DNA of 64,000 bases from Gammaproteobacteria bacterium (lineage in GTDB: Bacteria; Pseudomonadota; Gammaproteobacteria; Steroidobacterales; Steroidobacteraceae): positions 7,123 through 71,122 of the forward strand of contig JAHEAZ010000005.1 in NCBI GenBank assembly GCA_024642505.1, given 5' to 3'. Under the pieces are notes generated by a model. That model worked only from the letters and a program-made list of their open reading frames with translations, searched no databases and was not told the DNA's origin. Position 1 is the stretch's first letter. Each line of letters starts with the position of its first letter. The position numbers and the translations under genes were made by a program. This document shows positions 29,343-41,180 of the stretch, in pieces.

Positions 29343-29901
29343 GCACGAGCCGCATCGCGGTTTCGATCGGGATGTCGATTGGCTCGACCCGCGCGCGCGG
29401 TAGCAACAGCGTGTAGCCACCGATCTGGTAGCTCATCGGAAAGTAGACTGCCACCGTCCCCTCGGCTGCGGGTCCCAGACCCAACTCGCCGGCGTCGTCA
29501 CGCGTGACGAAACCAATCGCGGCGGCATCGGCGAACCGGGCGAGCACGACACGGCGAAGCTCGTTGCGTTCGCCCCCGGTCGGCAACATGCGGACGAAGT
29601 CGCGAACCGCGCCGTAGACGCTCTTGACGATGGGAATGCGTTCCATCAGCCCTTCCCAGGCGTTCAACAGGCGGCGAACGATGAAGGCGTTGACCAGCAC
29701 GCCGGCGGCAATCAGCAGCGCGACCGCGGCCACAATGCCCATACCGGGGCGATAGTGCTGCTCCGGCACGATCAGTACGATTGCGCGGTGCAGCAGTGCC
29801 TCGATTGAGGTTCCGAGCCACCACAGTAACCAGAATGTCAGCGCCATCGGCAGCACGACGACCAGCCCGCGCACCAGCGCGTTCCAAAGTTTCCTCGGCA
29901 T
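29305..29901 (-). CDS. DUF502-family membrane protein
   Basis: Start trimmed to ATG 29901 (MPRKLWNALVRGLVVVLPMALTFWLLWWL), then IPIVKSVYGAVRDF and G.VAVYFP. The 3' end overlaps the convergent EEP gene by 38 nt. Confidence 0.7.
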   Translation of the reverse strand: MPRKLWNALVRGLVVVLPMALTFWLLWWLGTSIEALLHRAIVLIVPEQHYRPGMGIVAAVALLIAAGVLVNAFIVRRLLNAWEGLMERIPIVKSVYGAVRDFVRMLPTGGERNELRRVVLARFADAAAIGFVTRDDAGELGLGPAAEGTVAVYFPMSYQIGGYTLLLPRARVEPIDIPIETAMRLVLTGGMSGAPEKH

Positions 29902-29998
29902 GTAACTATCTCCGGCTTTTACTTCGCCCCGCCGCACGCGACGTGGCGCCCACTGGCATGATAAGCGAGCCCGGATTGTTCAGTATGGGGGTGACACG

Positions 29999-30781
29999 AT
30001 GGCCAGAGTGACCGGACTGGGCGGAGTGTTCGTCAAGACGACTGATCCGTCCCGACTACGCGAGTGGTACCGGACCCGGCTTGGCATCGACGTGCAGGAC
30101 TTCGGCGCAAGCTTCGAATGGCGCGAGGCTGCGAATCCGGAGGTGACGGGTTACAGCATATGGGGTGTTTTCCCGGAAACCACCGGGTACTTCGACCCGA
30201 GCGCGCGCCCGTTCATGGTCAACTTTCGCGTCGATGGGCTCGATCTCCTGCTGGAACACCTGCGGTCGACAGGCGAACCGGTTGCTGAAGGCGTGCATGA
30301 GGATGAATTCGGCCGATTCGGCTGGGTCATGGATCCGGATGGCACGCGGATTGAGCTGTGGCAGCCAAGCGTGGCTGTCGAGGCTGCGACTGACGGCCTG
30401 GCCCGGATTATTCACGACTTTCTTGCCGCGGTGGATGCTGGCGATGAGGCAGCGCTTGCCGTTTGTTTCGATCCCGAGGCGTCGCTGTACTTCCCCTTTC
30501 GTGATTCTGCGGGCCTGACCGAGGGCCGTGAGGCGATCACCGAGCGCTTTGGCCGCCTGTTCGCCGCCTGGCGCCGCAGGGGGAAATCTCCCCCATTCGT
30601 CGGTTTCATCCCCGAAGACCTGGCCGTGCGGGCCGTGGGGCCCGGTCACGCGCTGGCGACCTTCACGGTCGGTATCGATGCCTCGCGGGGACGACGCACG
30701 GTGCTGGGCCGGCGGGCGCTCGGGGGCTGGCGGATCCTGCACCTGCACGCCTCCAATCTCGGCGCCCCGCCGGAGCGCTGA
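29999..30781 (+). CDS. two-domain protein: VOC/glyoxalase-fold N-terminus plus SnoaL/NTF2-like C-terminus
   Basis: GGVFVKTTDPSRLREWY...FGWVMDPDGTRIELWQP (VOC), then IHDFLAAVDAGDEAAL...GWRILHLHASN (NTF2-like). Confidence 0.65.
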   Translation: MARVTGLGGVFVKTTDPSRLREWYRTRLGIDVQDFGASFEWREAANPEVTGYSIWGVFPETTGYFDPSARPFMVNFRVDGLDLLLEHLRSTGEPVAEGVHEDEFGRFGWVMDPDGTRIELWQPSVAVEAATDGLARIIHDFLAAVDAGDEAALAVCFDPEASLYFPFRDSAGLTEGREAITERFGRLFAAWRRRGKSPPFVGFIPEDLAVRAVGPGHALATFTVGIDASRGRRTVLGRRALGGWRILHLHASNLGAPPER

Positions 30782-30945
30782 GCGCCTCGCCGCTGCCCGG
30801 TGAAGTACGGCTTGCACCTGCGGATTGCCGCAGGTTCGGCGGGTTGCAGCAGGATTCGGAGTAGGATGAAGGCTCGTTCAGGAGAGGCCCCGCGGGGCTG
30901 ACGTGGTCAACGTCGCGGGTCGCCTCATACACGGAGGTTGAACTC

Positions 30946-31146
30946 ATGACAGTCGCGAAAGTTACGGAAATTACGGCCACCTCGACCAAGAGCTTCGAGG
31001 ACGCGACCGCAACCGGCATCGAGCGGGCGAACAAGACGCTGAAGAACATCAGCGGTGCGTGGCTCGCCGACCAGGAGGTTGTCGTGGAAAATGGCAAAAT
31101 CACGCTTTACAAGGTAAGGATGCGCGTCACCTTCGTTCTGGTGTGA
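30946..31146 (+). CDS. dodecin-family flavin-binding protein
   Basis: 66 aa: VAKVTEITATSTKSFEDATATGIERANKTLKNISGAWLADQEVVVENGKI..YKVRMRVTF is typical bacterial dodecin. Confidence 0.8.
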   Translation: MTVAKVTEITATSTKSFEDATATGIERANKTLKNISGAWLADQEVVVENGKITLYKVRMRVTFVLV

Positions 31147-31175
31147 CCCGCCACCAACTGGCCAGAGGACGACAC

Positions 31176-31583
31176 ATGTTAAAGGCCCTCGTTACCGCTC
31201 TGGCGGTACTCCTGTCGACTGTCGCCTGCGCAGGCGACGCACCGGGTATCAACGGTGATGCGCTGCAGGCGAGAATCGCCGGTAGCGAGAACGCAGTTGT
31301 GGTGCTCGACGTGCGGACGGCGAAGGAGTTCGCAGAAGGCCACGTTCCCGGTGCGATCAACATCTCGCACGATGAGCTCGAGGGCCGGCTCGCCGAGCTC
31401 GATGCTGACCGGGACCGGGAGGTGGTGGTCTACTGCCGCAGCGGTCATCGGGCAGGGATTGCGCTCGGCCTGCTCGAGCAGGCGGGATTCAAGCGCCTCT
31501 ATCACCTCGAGGGCGACTACCTCGGCTGGGTCGCGGCCAGTCGTCCTGTCGAGGCCGCGCCCGAGCCTGCTCCGGCGTACTGA
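31176..31583 (+). CDS. periplasmic single-domain rhodanese-like sulfurtransferase
   Basis: Start trimmed to ATG 31176. Signal peptide LLSTVACAGD. VLDVRTAKEFAEGHVPGAINI and the active-site loop CRSGHRAG. Confidence 0.85.
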   Translation: MLKALVTALAVLLSTVACAGDAPGINGDALQARIAGSENAVVVLDVRTAKEFAEGHVPGAINISHDELEGRLAELDADRDREVVVYCRSGHRAGIALGLLEQAGFKRLYHLEGDYLGWVAASRPVEAAPEPAPAY

Positions 31584-31763
31584 GCGCCTCGTTCCGCCGT
31601 CGCTCGCGGTGGCGCCGGCGCCAGGGAACCCCAGGTCAGTCCGAGAAGTTTACGGTCCGACGCGGACGGCGATTTGCCGGCAGGCGGATGCCTGGCATGC
31701 CGGGAAAGGCGCCGCGGTGGATGATGACCGTGACCGGTGACGATCGCCTCCGCAGCGCCTCCG

Positions 31764-32180
31764 CTACAGATGAGCGCGTATTCGAGCAGCGTGCTCCGCC
31801 AGCACCGCCGGGTCCGCCATCTCGCCGGCGGCCATGCGGAAGTCCTTGCCCGCATAGCGCGGAACAATATGGAAATGCAGGTGAAAGACGCTCTGTCCGG
31901 CCGGCGCGCCGTTCAGCTGCGCAATCATGATGCCGGGCGGGTCGAACGCAAGCCTGATCGCGCCAGCGACCTTCTGGGTCGTGCGAATCGTCGCCGCCAG
32001 CGCTTCCTCGGGGAGATCATGAATGTTCTCGCCCGGTGTCCTGGGAATTACCAGTGTGTGGCCGTCCGCCTGCGGCATGATGTCCATGAAGGCGAGTGTG
32101 TTGTCGTCCTCATAGACCTTGTGGCAGGGAACCTCGCTGCGCAGGATGCGCGCGAAGATGTTGCTAGGGTCGTAAGCCAT
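31764..32180 (-). CDS. HIT-family (histidine triad) protein
   Basis: 138 aa with the histidine triad VFHLHFHIVPR. Confidence 0.9.
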   Translation of the reverse strand: MAYDPSNIFARILRSEVPCHKVYEDDNTLAFMDIMPQADGHTLVIPRTPGENIHDLPEEALAATIRTTQKVAGAIRLAFDPPGIMIAQLNGAPAGQSVFHLHFHIVPRYAGKDFRMAAGEMADPAVLAEHAARIRAHL

Positions 32181-32245
32181 GGGCGGGCTCCGTTCGCTAG
32201 GGGTGATTCGATAGCCTCACGCGAGAATAGCAGCGCATGACCCGG

Positions 32246-33241
32246 TCAACGTCCGAGCGAACCGAGGTTCAGCGTCACCGTACGGACGCAATGATCCGGC
32301 CAGCGCAGCGCCGGGTCGCCGCGCGGATAGGTCCACATCCTGTATGAACCCGGAACCATGGCGCGACCGAGCGTCGCACTGAGCAGGATGTGGTCGATGG
32401 CTGGACGAACCGGGTCCTGCTGGCGGCAGGATTCCGTTGCGTCGCCGCGGCCGGGATCCAGCAGGTCGGCCTCGGCCGGCTCGCCGTCGTCTATCTCGGG
32501 CCACAGCGCCACGATCCGTCCGGCACGATCGCGGCCGGGCGCAAACTCGCGGTCGAAACGGCGGTTGAAATCACCCAGCACCACGAACGGCTTGCCTTCC
32601 CCGGCGCGCCCATCGATCCAGGCCTCCAGTACGGGGACCTGCCGCTGCAAGGTCCGGCAGGCGTCGGAATCGCTGGTTAGTGGATCGCGGTTGCAGCCCG
32701 ACTTGAGATGCACCGCAAGCAGGCGGATTTCCCATGGTGTACCAGGGTACAGCGTCAGGTCCGCGCCCCAGCGCACGTCGTTCTCTGGCAGGCCGAGAGC
32801 CTGGTAATCGGCATTGCACCGGAAGGGGATCCCCGCGCGAATCGCGAAGCCGACGTTCTGAACGTGCTTGCGGGCGGTGAAACAGAGTGAGCGGCCGGGG
32901 AACACGCGGGTGGCGGCAGCCGGTCCATCGACTTCTTGCAGTGCAAAGACGTCGGCAGGAATGGTCGCGGCGTATGCCCTGAGCCGTTCGAAATCCGCTT
33001 CGCTCCAGCGCCGGTCCGGAACGAGGTCGCATGGGACGCTGCGCTGGTTGCCCCGCGCGCGTCCGCCCCGCGCCATGCATACCCGCGTCAGTTCATCAAA
33101 CGTATCGGGCTCGATCAGCCACTCGGCATTCCAGGTCGCGAGCGTCAGCGGGAAGTCCTCGCGAGCAGCCTGCGCACAGGCTGCCAGCAACGCTCCGGTG
33201 GCAAGACAGGCCAGGATGAGACTGATGCTGAAGCGTGTCAT
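32246..33241 (-). CDS. secreted endonuclease/exonuclease/phosphatase (EEP) family protein
   Basis: Start trimmed to ATG 33241 (MTRFSISLILACLATGALLAACAQA). LTLATWNAEWL, ADVFALQEVD, VVLGDFNR, IDHILLS. Confidence 0.75.
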   Translation of the reverse strand: MTRFSISLILACLATGALLAACAQAAREDFPLTLATWNAEWLIEPDTFDELTRVCMARGGRARGNQRSVPCDLVPDRRWSEADFERLRAYAATIPADVFALQEVDGPAAATRVFPGRSLCFTARKHVQNVGFAIRAGIPFRCNADYQALGLPENDVRWGADLTLYPGTPWEIRLLAVHLKSGCNRDPLTSDSDACRTLQRQVPVLEAWIDGRAGEGKPFVVLGDFNRRFDREFAPGRDRAGRIVALWPEIDDGEPAEADLLDPGRGDATESCRQQDPVRPAIDHILLSATLGRAMVPGSYRMWTYPRGDPALRWPDHCVRTVTLNLGSLGR

Positions 33242-33392
33242 GCGCGATCCCGGCGGCCTGAAGTCGCCCAAGCTTAGCGGCTGTGTGCCCCGCCGTGCAT
33301 CGGCCTGTTTCATCGGCTGCCGCATTTGCGGCACACTGCGGGGGCATCGCACAGACAACAAGAGGCCGGTTCAGGCCGTCGGAGGGGAATGA

Positions 33393-36300
33393 ATGGTCCC
33401 TGGCTGGGGTCTCCTGCTCGTATCGCTGGCGTACGTTGGCGGGCTGTTTGCCGTCGCGTGGTTCGGTGATCGCAACACGACCTACCCCTCCCGGGCGGCG
33501 CTGCGGCCGGTCGTGTACAGCCTGGCGCTCGCGGTGTACTGCTCGAGCTGGACTTTTTACGGTGCCGTGGGCAGCGCGGCCCGCGACGGTTTGTCATTCC
33601 TGCCGATCTACCTGGGACCGATCCTGCTGTTCGTCTTTGGCATGCCGTTCTTCGAACGCCTGGTCCGCATCGCCAAGCGCCATAACGTCACTTCTATCGC
33701 CGATCTCATCGCGTCGCGTTTTGGCAAGTCCTCGAGGATCGCAGCTGCCATCACGCTGGTGGCGCTGACCGCGGCAGTGCCCTACGTGGCGCTGCAGCTG
33801 AGGGCAGTGGCGATGAGCATCGAAGTGCTGACTGGCGCGCCCGCGGGGGGGCTCGGCGGTACCTGGTTTGCTGACAGCGCCTTCTACGTGGCGATCATGC
33901 TGGCGGTGTTTGCCATCCTGTTCGGCACGCGCGGCATCGATGCGGCGGAACATCATCCTGGGCTGATGCTGGCGATCGCGGTGGAGTCGCTGGTCAAGCT
34001 GCTGGCTTTCGTTGCGGTTGGCGTGTTCGCAATGCTGTCGCTGGGCGGACCGCTGGAATACGTGGCTGCGGCCAAGTCATTGCCGGTGCAGGACGAGATA
34101 TTCACCGGCTTCGTGACCCAGATGTTGATCGCTTTCACGGCGATCTTCTGCCTGCCGCGCCAGTTCCAGATCGGCGTCGTCGAGTGCACCGAACCACGTG
34201 ACCTGACCAAGGCCCGCTGGATGTTTCCCGGCTACCTGGCACTGGTCAGCCTGCTGGTCGTGCCAATTGCTGCGCTGGGACTGGCGACCGCGGGTCCCGG
34301 CGTGGCGCGCGACAGCTTCGTGCTCTGGCTGCCGCTGCAGGCGGGCCACGAATCCCTTGCGCTGGTTGCCTATGTCGGCGGTTTCTCCGCCGCCACCGGC
34401 ATGGTCATAGTCGCCTGCGTCGCGCTTGCGACCATGGTGAGTAACGACCTGTTGCTGCCGCTGGTGTGGCGCTACCGGGCCGAGAGCGCGACCGCCCGGC
34501 GTGCCACCACGAGGTTGGTGCTCTGGGTCAGGCGCGCCGCGATCGTCGGCGTCCTGCTGCTGGCCTACATCTATTACCGGGCCGTGCCGGCAGCGCCCAG
34601 CCTGGCGTCGATCGGCCTGTTGTCCTTCGCCGCGGTCGCGCAGTTCGCGCCGACACTGGTCGCGGCGCTCTACTGGCCCCGGGCGAGCCGGGCGGGAATC
34701 CTCGCCGGACTCATAGTCGGCTACTTCCTGTGGATGTACACGCTGCTGCTGCCGAGCCTGCTCGCGATCGACGGCGTAGCGCCGGCTTGGGTACAGGAGG
34801 GTCCTTTCGGCCTGTCCTTCCTGGCGCCTCAGGCCCTGTTCGGCTGGACCGCGCCGGACATGCTGTCACATGGCGTGTTCTGGTCGCTGATCGGGAACGT
34901 ACTGGCGCTGGTGCTGTTCTCGCTCAAGTACCGGCCGAGCCTGGGAGCACAATTGCAGGCTGCTGCGTTTCTAGCACCCGCCGAGGCCGGGCGCGGCTCC
35001 CGCGACGCGCCGCTGCCCGGCAGCACCACCGTCGGCGATCTCATGACCCTCGCCGAGCACATTGTCGGACCGCGAGCCGCAGCGCAGCTGCTGGCGCAGT
35101 ACGCGCGCGACACGGGCAGGGACCTGGTGATCGGCAACCGCGCCGATCTCGGCCTGGTACAGGCTGTGGAACGCGAACTGGCCGGCGCGATCGGCTCGGC
35201 CTCGGCGCGCATGATGCTGACCAGCACACTGCGTGGCTCCGGGCTCAAGCTCGACCAGGTCGTGGCGCTGCTCGACGAGACGACCGAGAAGCTCAGGCTC
35301 AACCGCGGTCTGCTCGAAGCCATGATGGACAACATGTCGCAGGGCATCAGCATGGTCGACCGGGACCTCAGGCTGGTGGCCTGGAACCAGCGTTACGAGA
35401 CGCTGTTCGACTATCCAAACGGCTTCCTGTACGTGGGCATGCCCATTACCGAGGCGATTCGCATCAATGCCGAGCGAGGGCTCTGCGGCGTCGGCGACCC
35501 GCTGCAACTGGCTCGCCGGCGTGTCGCACACCTGCGCAGCGGGACGCCACACGTTTCGGAGCGTCGCCGCCCGGACGGCCGGGTCGTGGAGACCCGGGTC
35601 CAGCCGATGGCCGACGGCGGCATGGTTTCGACCTTCACCGACGTGACCGACTATAAGCAGGTGGAGAGTGAGCTCAGGGAGATCGCCGAGACGCTCGAAA
35701 TGCGCGTGGAGGAACGGACCGAGCAACTGCGACAGGCCAAGCTGGAGGCTGAGCAGGCCAACCACAGCAAGACAAAGTTCGTGGCTGCGGCCAGCCATGA
35801 CCTGCTGCAGCCGATGAACGCCGCCAGGCTATTCGTCTCGGCGTTGCGTTCCAGAGACCTGCACGATGCCGAGATCGTCAGCCTGGCCGAACGCGTGGAC
35901 ACTTCATTGCGCGCAGCCGAGGAGCTGGTCGATGCGCTGCTCGACATCTCCAAGCTGGACGCCGGAGCGGTACAGCCGGAAATCAAGGATGTGGCCGCGG
36001 CGGACATGCTGGAGCCGCTGGCAGAGCAGTTTGCGCCGCTGGCCGCTGATCGCGGACTCGAGTTGCATGTGATGCCGACGCGCTTGGCGGTGCGCACCGA
36101 CCCGCGAATGATGAAGCGCGTGTTGCAGAATTTCATCGCCAATGCGCTGCGCTACACCCGCAGCGGCGGTGTGCTGGTCGGCTGCCGCCGTCGCGGCACG
36201 GACGTTGAGTTCCAGGTGTGGGACACTGGTCCGGGCGTACCCAGCGACGCACTGGTGCTGATCTTCGAGGAATTCCGCCGGCTCGAGCAGCCTTCGCCGT

Positions 36301-36905
36301 GGGGCGAGAAGGGCGTCGGCCTGGGGCTTTCCATCTGCGACCGCATTGCGAGGATTCTCGATCATCGCCTGACGGTGAACTCAAGACACGGACACGGTAG
36401 CGTCTTTGCGATCCGCGCAGCGCGCGCGACCGCGCCGGTGCTGCGCCGCGGCTCGCTGGACCCGCGCGCACGCGGTGTGCCGCTGAAGGGTATGACCGTG
36501 CTGTGCCTGGATGATGAGCCCGACATTCTCGAAGGCATGGCGGCGCTGCTGGGCCGCTGGGGCGTCAAGGTATTACCGGCGCGCACCATCGCCGACGCCG
36601 AGAGCCTGGCGCTCTCCGGCTGCCCCGACGTGATCCTGGCTGACTTCCACCTGCGCGAGGCAGAAACCGGCCTCGAGGCGTTGTGCAGACTGTGCGCGAT
36701 GAATGGCGGCCGGCCCGGAGCCCTCGTTACCGCCAACGCCAGCGCGGAATTGACCCAGGGCGCGCGCGCCAACGGTTTCGAGATACTGCGCAAGCCGCTC
36801 AAGCCCGCTGCGCTGCGGGCGCTGCTGGGCGCCTTCGCGCGGCGCAAGATTGCCGGCGCAGGCTCCTCAGTTGCAGCCGCTCAGGCGATCGACGCGTCGG
36901 CCTGA
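33393..36905 (+). CDS. crbS: hybrid sensor kinase with an N-terminal sodium:solute-symporter (SSS) domain, PAS, HisKA/HATPase and C-terminal receiver; CrbS-type architecture
   Basis: 1170 aa. ~13 hydrophobic segments with SSS-like sequence. PAS (GISMVDRDLRLVAWNQRY). H-box AASHDLLQPMNA. G-boxes WDTGPGVP and GVGLGLSICDRIA. REC VLCLDDEPDILEG..ILADFHL. Neighbours a LuxR-type regulator and acs. Confidence 0.75.
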   Translation: MVPGWGLLLVSLAYVGGLFAVAWFGDRNTTYPSRAALRPVVYSLALAVYCSSWTFYGAVGSAARDGLSFLPIYLGPILLFVFGMPFFERLVRIAKRHNVTSIADLIASRFGKSSRIAAAITLVALTAAVPYVALQLRAVAMSIEVLTGAPAGGLGGTWFADSAFYVAIMLAVFAILFGTRGIDAAEHHPGLMLAIAVESLVKLLAFVAVGVFAMLSLGGPLEYVAAAKSLPVQDEIFTGFVTQMLIAFTAIFCLPRQFQIGVVECTEPRDLTKARWMFPGYLALVSLLVVPIAALGLATAGPGVARDSFVLWLPLQAGHESLALVAYVGGFSAATGMVIVACVALATMVSNDLLLPLVWRYRAESATARRATTRLVLWVRRAAIVGVLLLAYIYYRAVPAAPSLASIGLLSFAAVAQFAPTLVAALYWPRASRAGILAGLIVGYFLWMYTLLLPSLLAIDGVAPAWVQEGPFGLSFLAPQALFGWTAPDMLSHGVFWSLIGNVLALVLFSLKYRPSLGAQLQAAAFLAPAEAGRGSRDAPLPGSTTVGDLMTLAEHIVGPRAAAQLLAQYARDTGRDLVIGNRADLGLVQAVERELAGAIGSASARMMLTSTLRGSGLKLDQVVALLDETTEKLRLNRGLLEAMMDNMSQGISMVDRDLRLVAWNQRYETLFDYPNGFLYVGMPITEAIRINAERGLCGVGDPLQLARRRVAHLRSGTPHVSERRRPDGRVVETRVQPMADGGMVSTFTDVTDYKQVESELREIAETLEMRVEERTEQLRQAKLEAEQANHSKTKFVAAASHDLLQPMNAARLFVSALRSRDLHDAEIVSLAERVDTSLRAAEELVDALLDISKLDAGAVQPEIKDVAAADMLEPLAEQFAPLAADRGLELHVMPTRLAVRTDPRMMKRVLQNFIANALRYTRSGGVLVGCRRRGTDVEFQVWDTGPGVPSDALVLIFEEFRRLEQPSPWGEKGVGLGLSICDRIARILDHRLTVNSRHGHGSVFAIRAARATAPVLRRGSLDPRARGVPLKGMTVLCLDDEPDILEGMAALLGRWGVKVLPARTIADAESLALSGCPDVILADFHLREAETGLEALCRLCAMNGGRPGALVTANASAELTQGARANGFEILRKPLKPAALRALLGAFARRKIAGAGSSVAAAQAIDASA

Positions 36906-37567
36906 GGAACCGCCCCCCCGTACCCGGCCTGGTCCAGGGCCAGGCGTTGCGACAGGACTACGGCCTGCGTGCGGTTGGTTGCGCCGAGCTTCTGCATGAT
37001 GGCAGTCATGTGCGCCTTGATGGTCGCCTCGGACACGCCGAGCTCGTAGGCAATCTGCTTGTTCAGCAGCCCGGCCGACAGCATCGTCAGCACCCTGAAC
37101 TGTTGCGGCGTCAGGCTGGCCAGCCTGGAGGCGATGTCGGCTTCTGCGCCCTCCAGTGCCGGCGCCTCCGCATCGACCGAGGCGGGTACCCAGACGTCGC
37201 CGTCGAGCACCGCGCGTAAAGCCTCGACCATCTGTTCGACGGTGGACGACTTGGGCACGAAGCCAGCCGCGCCGTGTGCGATCGAGCGGCGGATTACGCC
37301 GGTGTCCTCGTTCGCGGAAATGATCACGACCGGCAGCGACGGGTGGTGGGCCCGCATCTGCACCAGCGCACTGAAGCCATGCGCGCCGGGCATATTCAGG
37401 TCGAGCAGCAGCAGGTCGGCATCGGGATGCCGCTCGGCTGCGTCGAGCAGCCCCGTTACCGAGTCGGCCTCGACGACGCTGGCATCGGGCACCGCCCGCC
37501 CCAGCGCGTGCCTGAGCGCCTCGCGAAACAGCGGGTGGTCGTCCGCGACGATGATTTCAAGCGGCAT
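36881..37567 (-). CDS. crbR: NarL/FixJ (LuxR-type HTH) response regulator, CrbR-like
   Basis: REC (IIVADDHPLFREAL, LLLLDLNMPG, VVIISA, FVPK) plus HTH (LTPQQFRVLTMLSAGLLNKQIAYELGVSEATIKAHMTAIMQKLG). Starts 5 nt after the acs stop. Its 3' end overlaps the crbS 3' end by 25 nt. Confidence 0.8.
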   Translation of the reverse strand: MPLEIIVADDHPLFREALRHALGRAVPDASVVEADSVTGLLDAAERHPDADLLLLDLNMPGAHGFSALVQMRAHHPSLPVVIISANEDTGVIRRSIAHGAAGFVPKSSTVEQMVEALRAVLDGDVWVPASVDAEAPALEGAEADIASRLASLTPQQFRVLTMLSAGLLNKQIAYELGVSEATIKAHMTAIMQKLGATNRTQAVVLSQRLALDQAGYGGAVPQADASIA

Positions 37568-37572
37568 CCGCG

Positions 37573-39522
<1,950 letters not shown>

Positions 39523-39663
39523 GATCTTTCCCCCGTCGGCGACGCCCGGCCCGGGCGCCCGGTTGATCCCAACCCAGAGCATTTTACGCACGGGTCCCAG
39601 CATGAATTGGACGTTGGTCGTACGCGCTTACCACGGCGCAGACCCGCTCTCGGTCACCCGCTT

Positions 39664-39679
39664 GTTGCGCTGGCGCAAC
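39664..39679. promoter_or_regulatory. perfect 7-2-7 palindrome in the acs / porin divergent intergenic region (candidate CrbR operator)
   Basis: GTTGCGC-TG-GCGCAAC. It lies 142 nt upstream of the acs ATG and 85 nt upstream of the porin ATG. Confidence 0.4.
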
Positions 39680-39763
39680 GGCGTTCTTAGACCATCTGCC
39701 AATGGAGGCCGATGCCGGCGGGAGCGCATTCTCGCGCCACAGCCCAAAAGGGGAGGTCTGACC

Positions 39764-41101
39764 ATGGATTCCAGGATCAAGCGAACTGCGACGGCCATCG
39801 CCGTTGCCACAGCGTTGGCGATGCCAGGCGTTGCACTCGCCCAGACGGACACCGAGAAGGCGCTCGAGGCCCGGATAGCCGAACTCGAGAAACTGGTCAA
39901 TGAAATGGCCGCGAAGCAGGCAGCGCCTACGGTCGTCGTGTCCGAAGCGGGACCGGCTGCCGCACCGGCGCCCGCACCTGCACCGACCGTCAACACGGCC
40001 AACAAGGGGTCCCTGACGATCAAGGGATTCGTCATTGCGTCGCTGTACGCGCAGGACGCCAATTTCGCGTTCGGCAATGGCCAGAGCGCCGAGTTCCCGA
40101 CGACCGAGTACTCGAAGGACAGCTGGTTCCTGGGCGGCGACGTGCGCAACACACGCCTGACCCTGGACTGGAAAGGACCCGAGGTCGAAGGCTTCAATGT
40201 TGGCGGGCTGCTGGAAGCCGACTTCTTCGGCGGCTTCCCCGGCGGCGCCTTCACCGACGAGCAGCCGAATCCGCGCATGCGGCTTGCCTACGTGGATATC
40301 ACCAAGGGCAAGACGACCTATCGCATCGGCCAGGCATGGTCGCCGATGTTCGGCAACGTGCCGGTCTCGCCGACTCACGTCGCCTTCCCGCTCGGCTACG
40401 GGGCGGCGGGTGACGTCGGCTGGCGCTATCCCGGCCTGTTTGTGTATCACCCGTTCTCCAAGAGCACCAAGCTGACCCTGGCGGCGATGCGCGGGTCGTG
40501 GAACGACGGGTCGGTCCCGTTCGGCGGCGGTGCCGGCGAATCGGGGACGCCACAGTTCGAGGCGCGCCTCGATTTCTCAGGTGAAACCTTCAGCCTCTAT
40601 CTCGTCGGCCATTACGACCAGAAGGACTGCAACCTGGTCGGCGACCAGGCGGTAAACGTTTGCGGCGCAGGCTACACCAAGAAGTCGCTCGACGGCACGG
40701 CGATCGAGGTTGGCGCCAAGGCCAAGTTCGGCAACTTCTCGCTGCAGGGCAACCTGTACTCGGGCACGGCGATCGGCCAGCAATTCGCGCACATCACCCA
40801 GTTCGGCGACATCTCGGGCTGGGGCGGCTGGGTCCAGGGCAGCTACAAGTTCAGCGGGCCGTGGTCCGCCAACCTGTACTACGGTTTGGACGATCCGGAT
40901 GACAAAGATGTCACCGCAAGCGGCAACTCGCGCTTGAAGAACGAGATGATTGCTGCGTCGGTCATGTACTCGAAGGGGCCCTACGTCTTCGGTATCGAAT
41001 GGCTGAACGACACATTGACAACGGCGGGGCCGAGCACGAGCTTCTCCGACGTAGACATCGAGGGTAACCAGCTCTCGTTCAGCGCCTGGTATAAGTTCTA
41101 G
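39764..41101 (+). CDS. outer-membrane porin with an N-terminal coiled coil (DcaP-like architecture)
   Basis: Start trimmed to ATG 39764, preceded by GGGGAGG. Signal peptide ..PGVALAQ. Heptad-like TEKALEARIAELEKLVNEMAAKQ. An (AP)n linker. Alternating beta-strand pattern. C-terminal ..LSFSAWYKF. Confidence 0.75.
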   Translation: MDSRIKRTATAIAVATALAMPGVALAQTDTEKALEARIAELEKLVNEMAAKQAAPTVVVSEAGPAAAPAPAPAPTVNTANKGSLTIKGFVIASLYAQDANFAFGNGQSAEFPTTEYSKDSWFLGGDVRNTRLTLDWKGPEVEGFNVGGLLEADFFGGFPGGAFTDEQPNPRMRLAYVDITKGKTTYRIGQAWSPMFGNVPVSPTHVAFPLGYGAAGDVGWRYPGLFVYHPFSKSTKLTLAAMRGSWNDGSVPFGGGAGESGTPQFEARLDFSGETFSLYLVGHYDQKDCNLVGDQAVNVCGAGYTKKSLDGTAIEVGAKAKFGNFSLQGNLYSGTAIGQQFAHITQFGDISGWGGWVQGSYKFSGPWSANLYYGLDDPDDKDVTASGNSRLKNEMIAASVMYSKGPYVFGIEWLNDTLTTAGPSTSFSDVDIEGNQLSFSAWYKF

Positions 41102-41180
41102 GATGTTGGGCTGGTAGAGACGATTTGGGCTAAGAAGAGGTAGATACTACCGGCTTGCCGGTGATAGTTACCCGAACTGA

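Noticed and set aside
30782-30945. FMN riboswitch upstream of the flavin-binding dodecin gene.
   Set aside because: None of the conserved RFN-element sequence blocks is present. There is only a generic 8-bp hairpin (ACCTGCGG-ATTG-CCGCAGGT) that probably terminates the upstream gene.
28350-33241. Two EEP-family genes (28350-29342 and 32246-33241) as a recent duplication or a nuclease-based defence pair.
   Set aside because: The two proteins share only the generic catalytic motifs. One is membrane-anchored and the other secreted. The genes between them are unrelated housekeeping functions.
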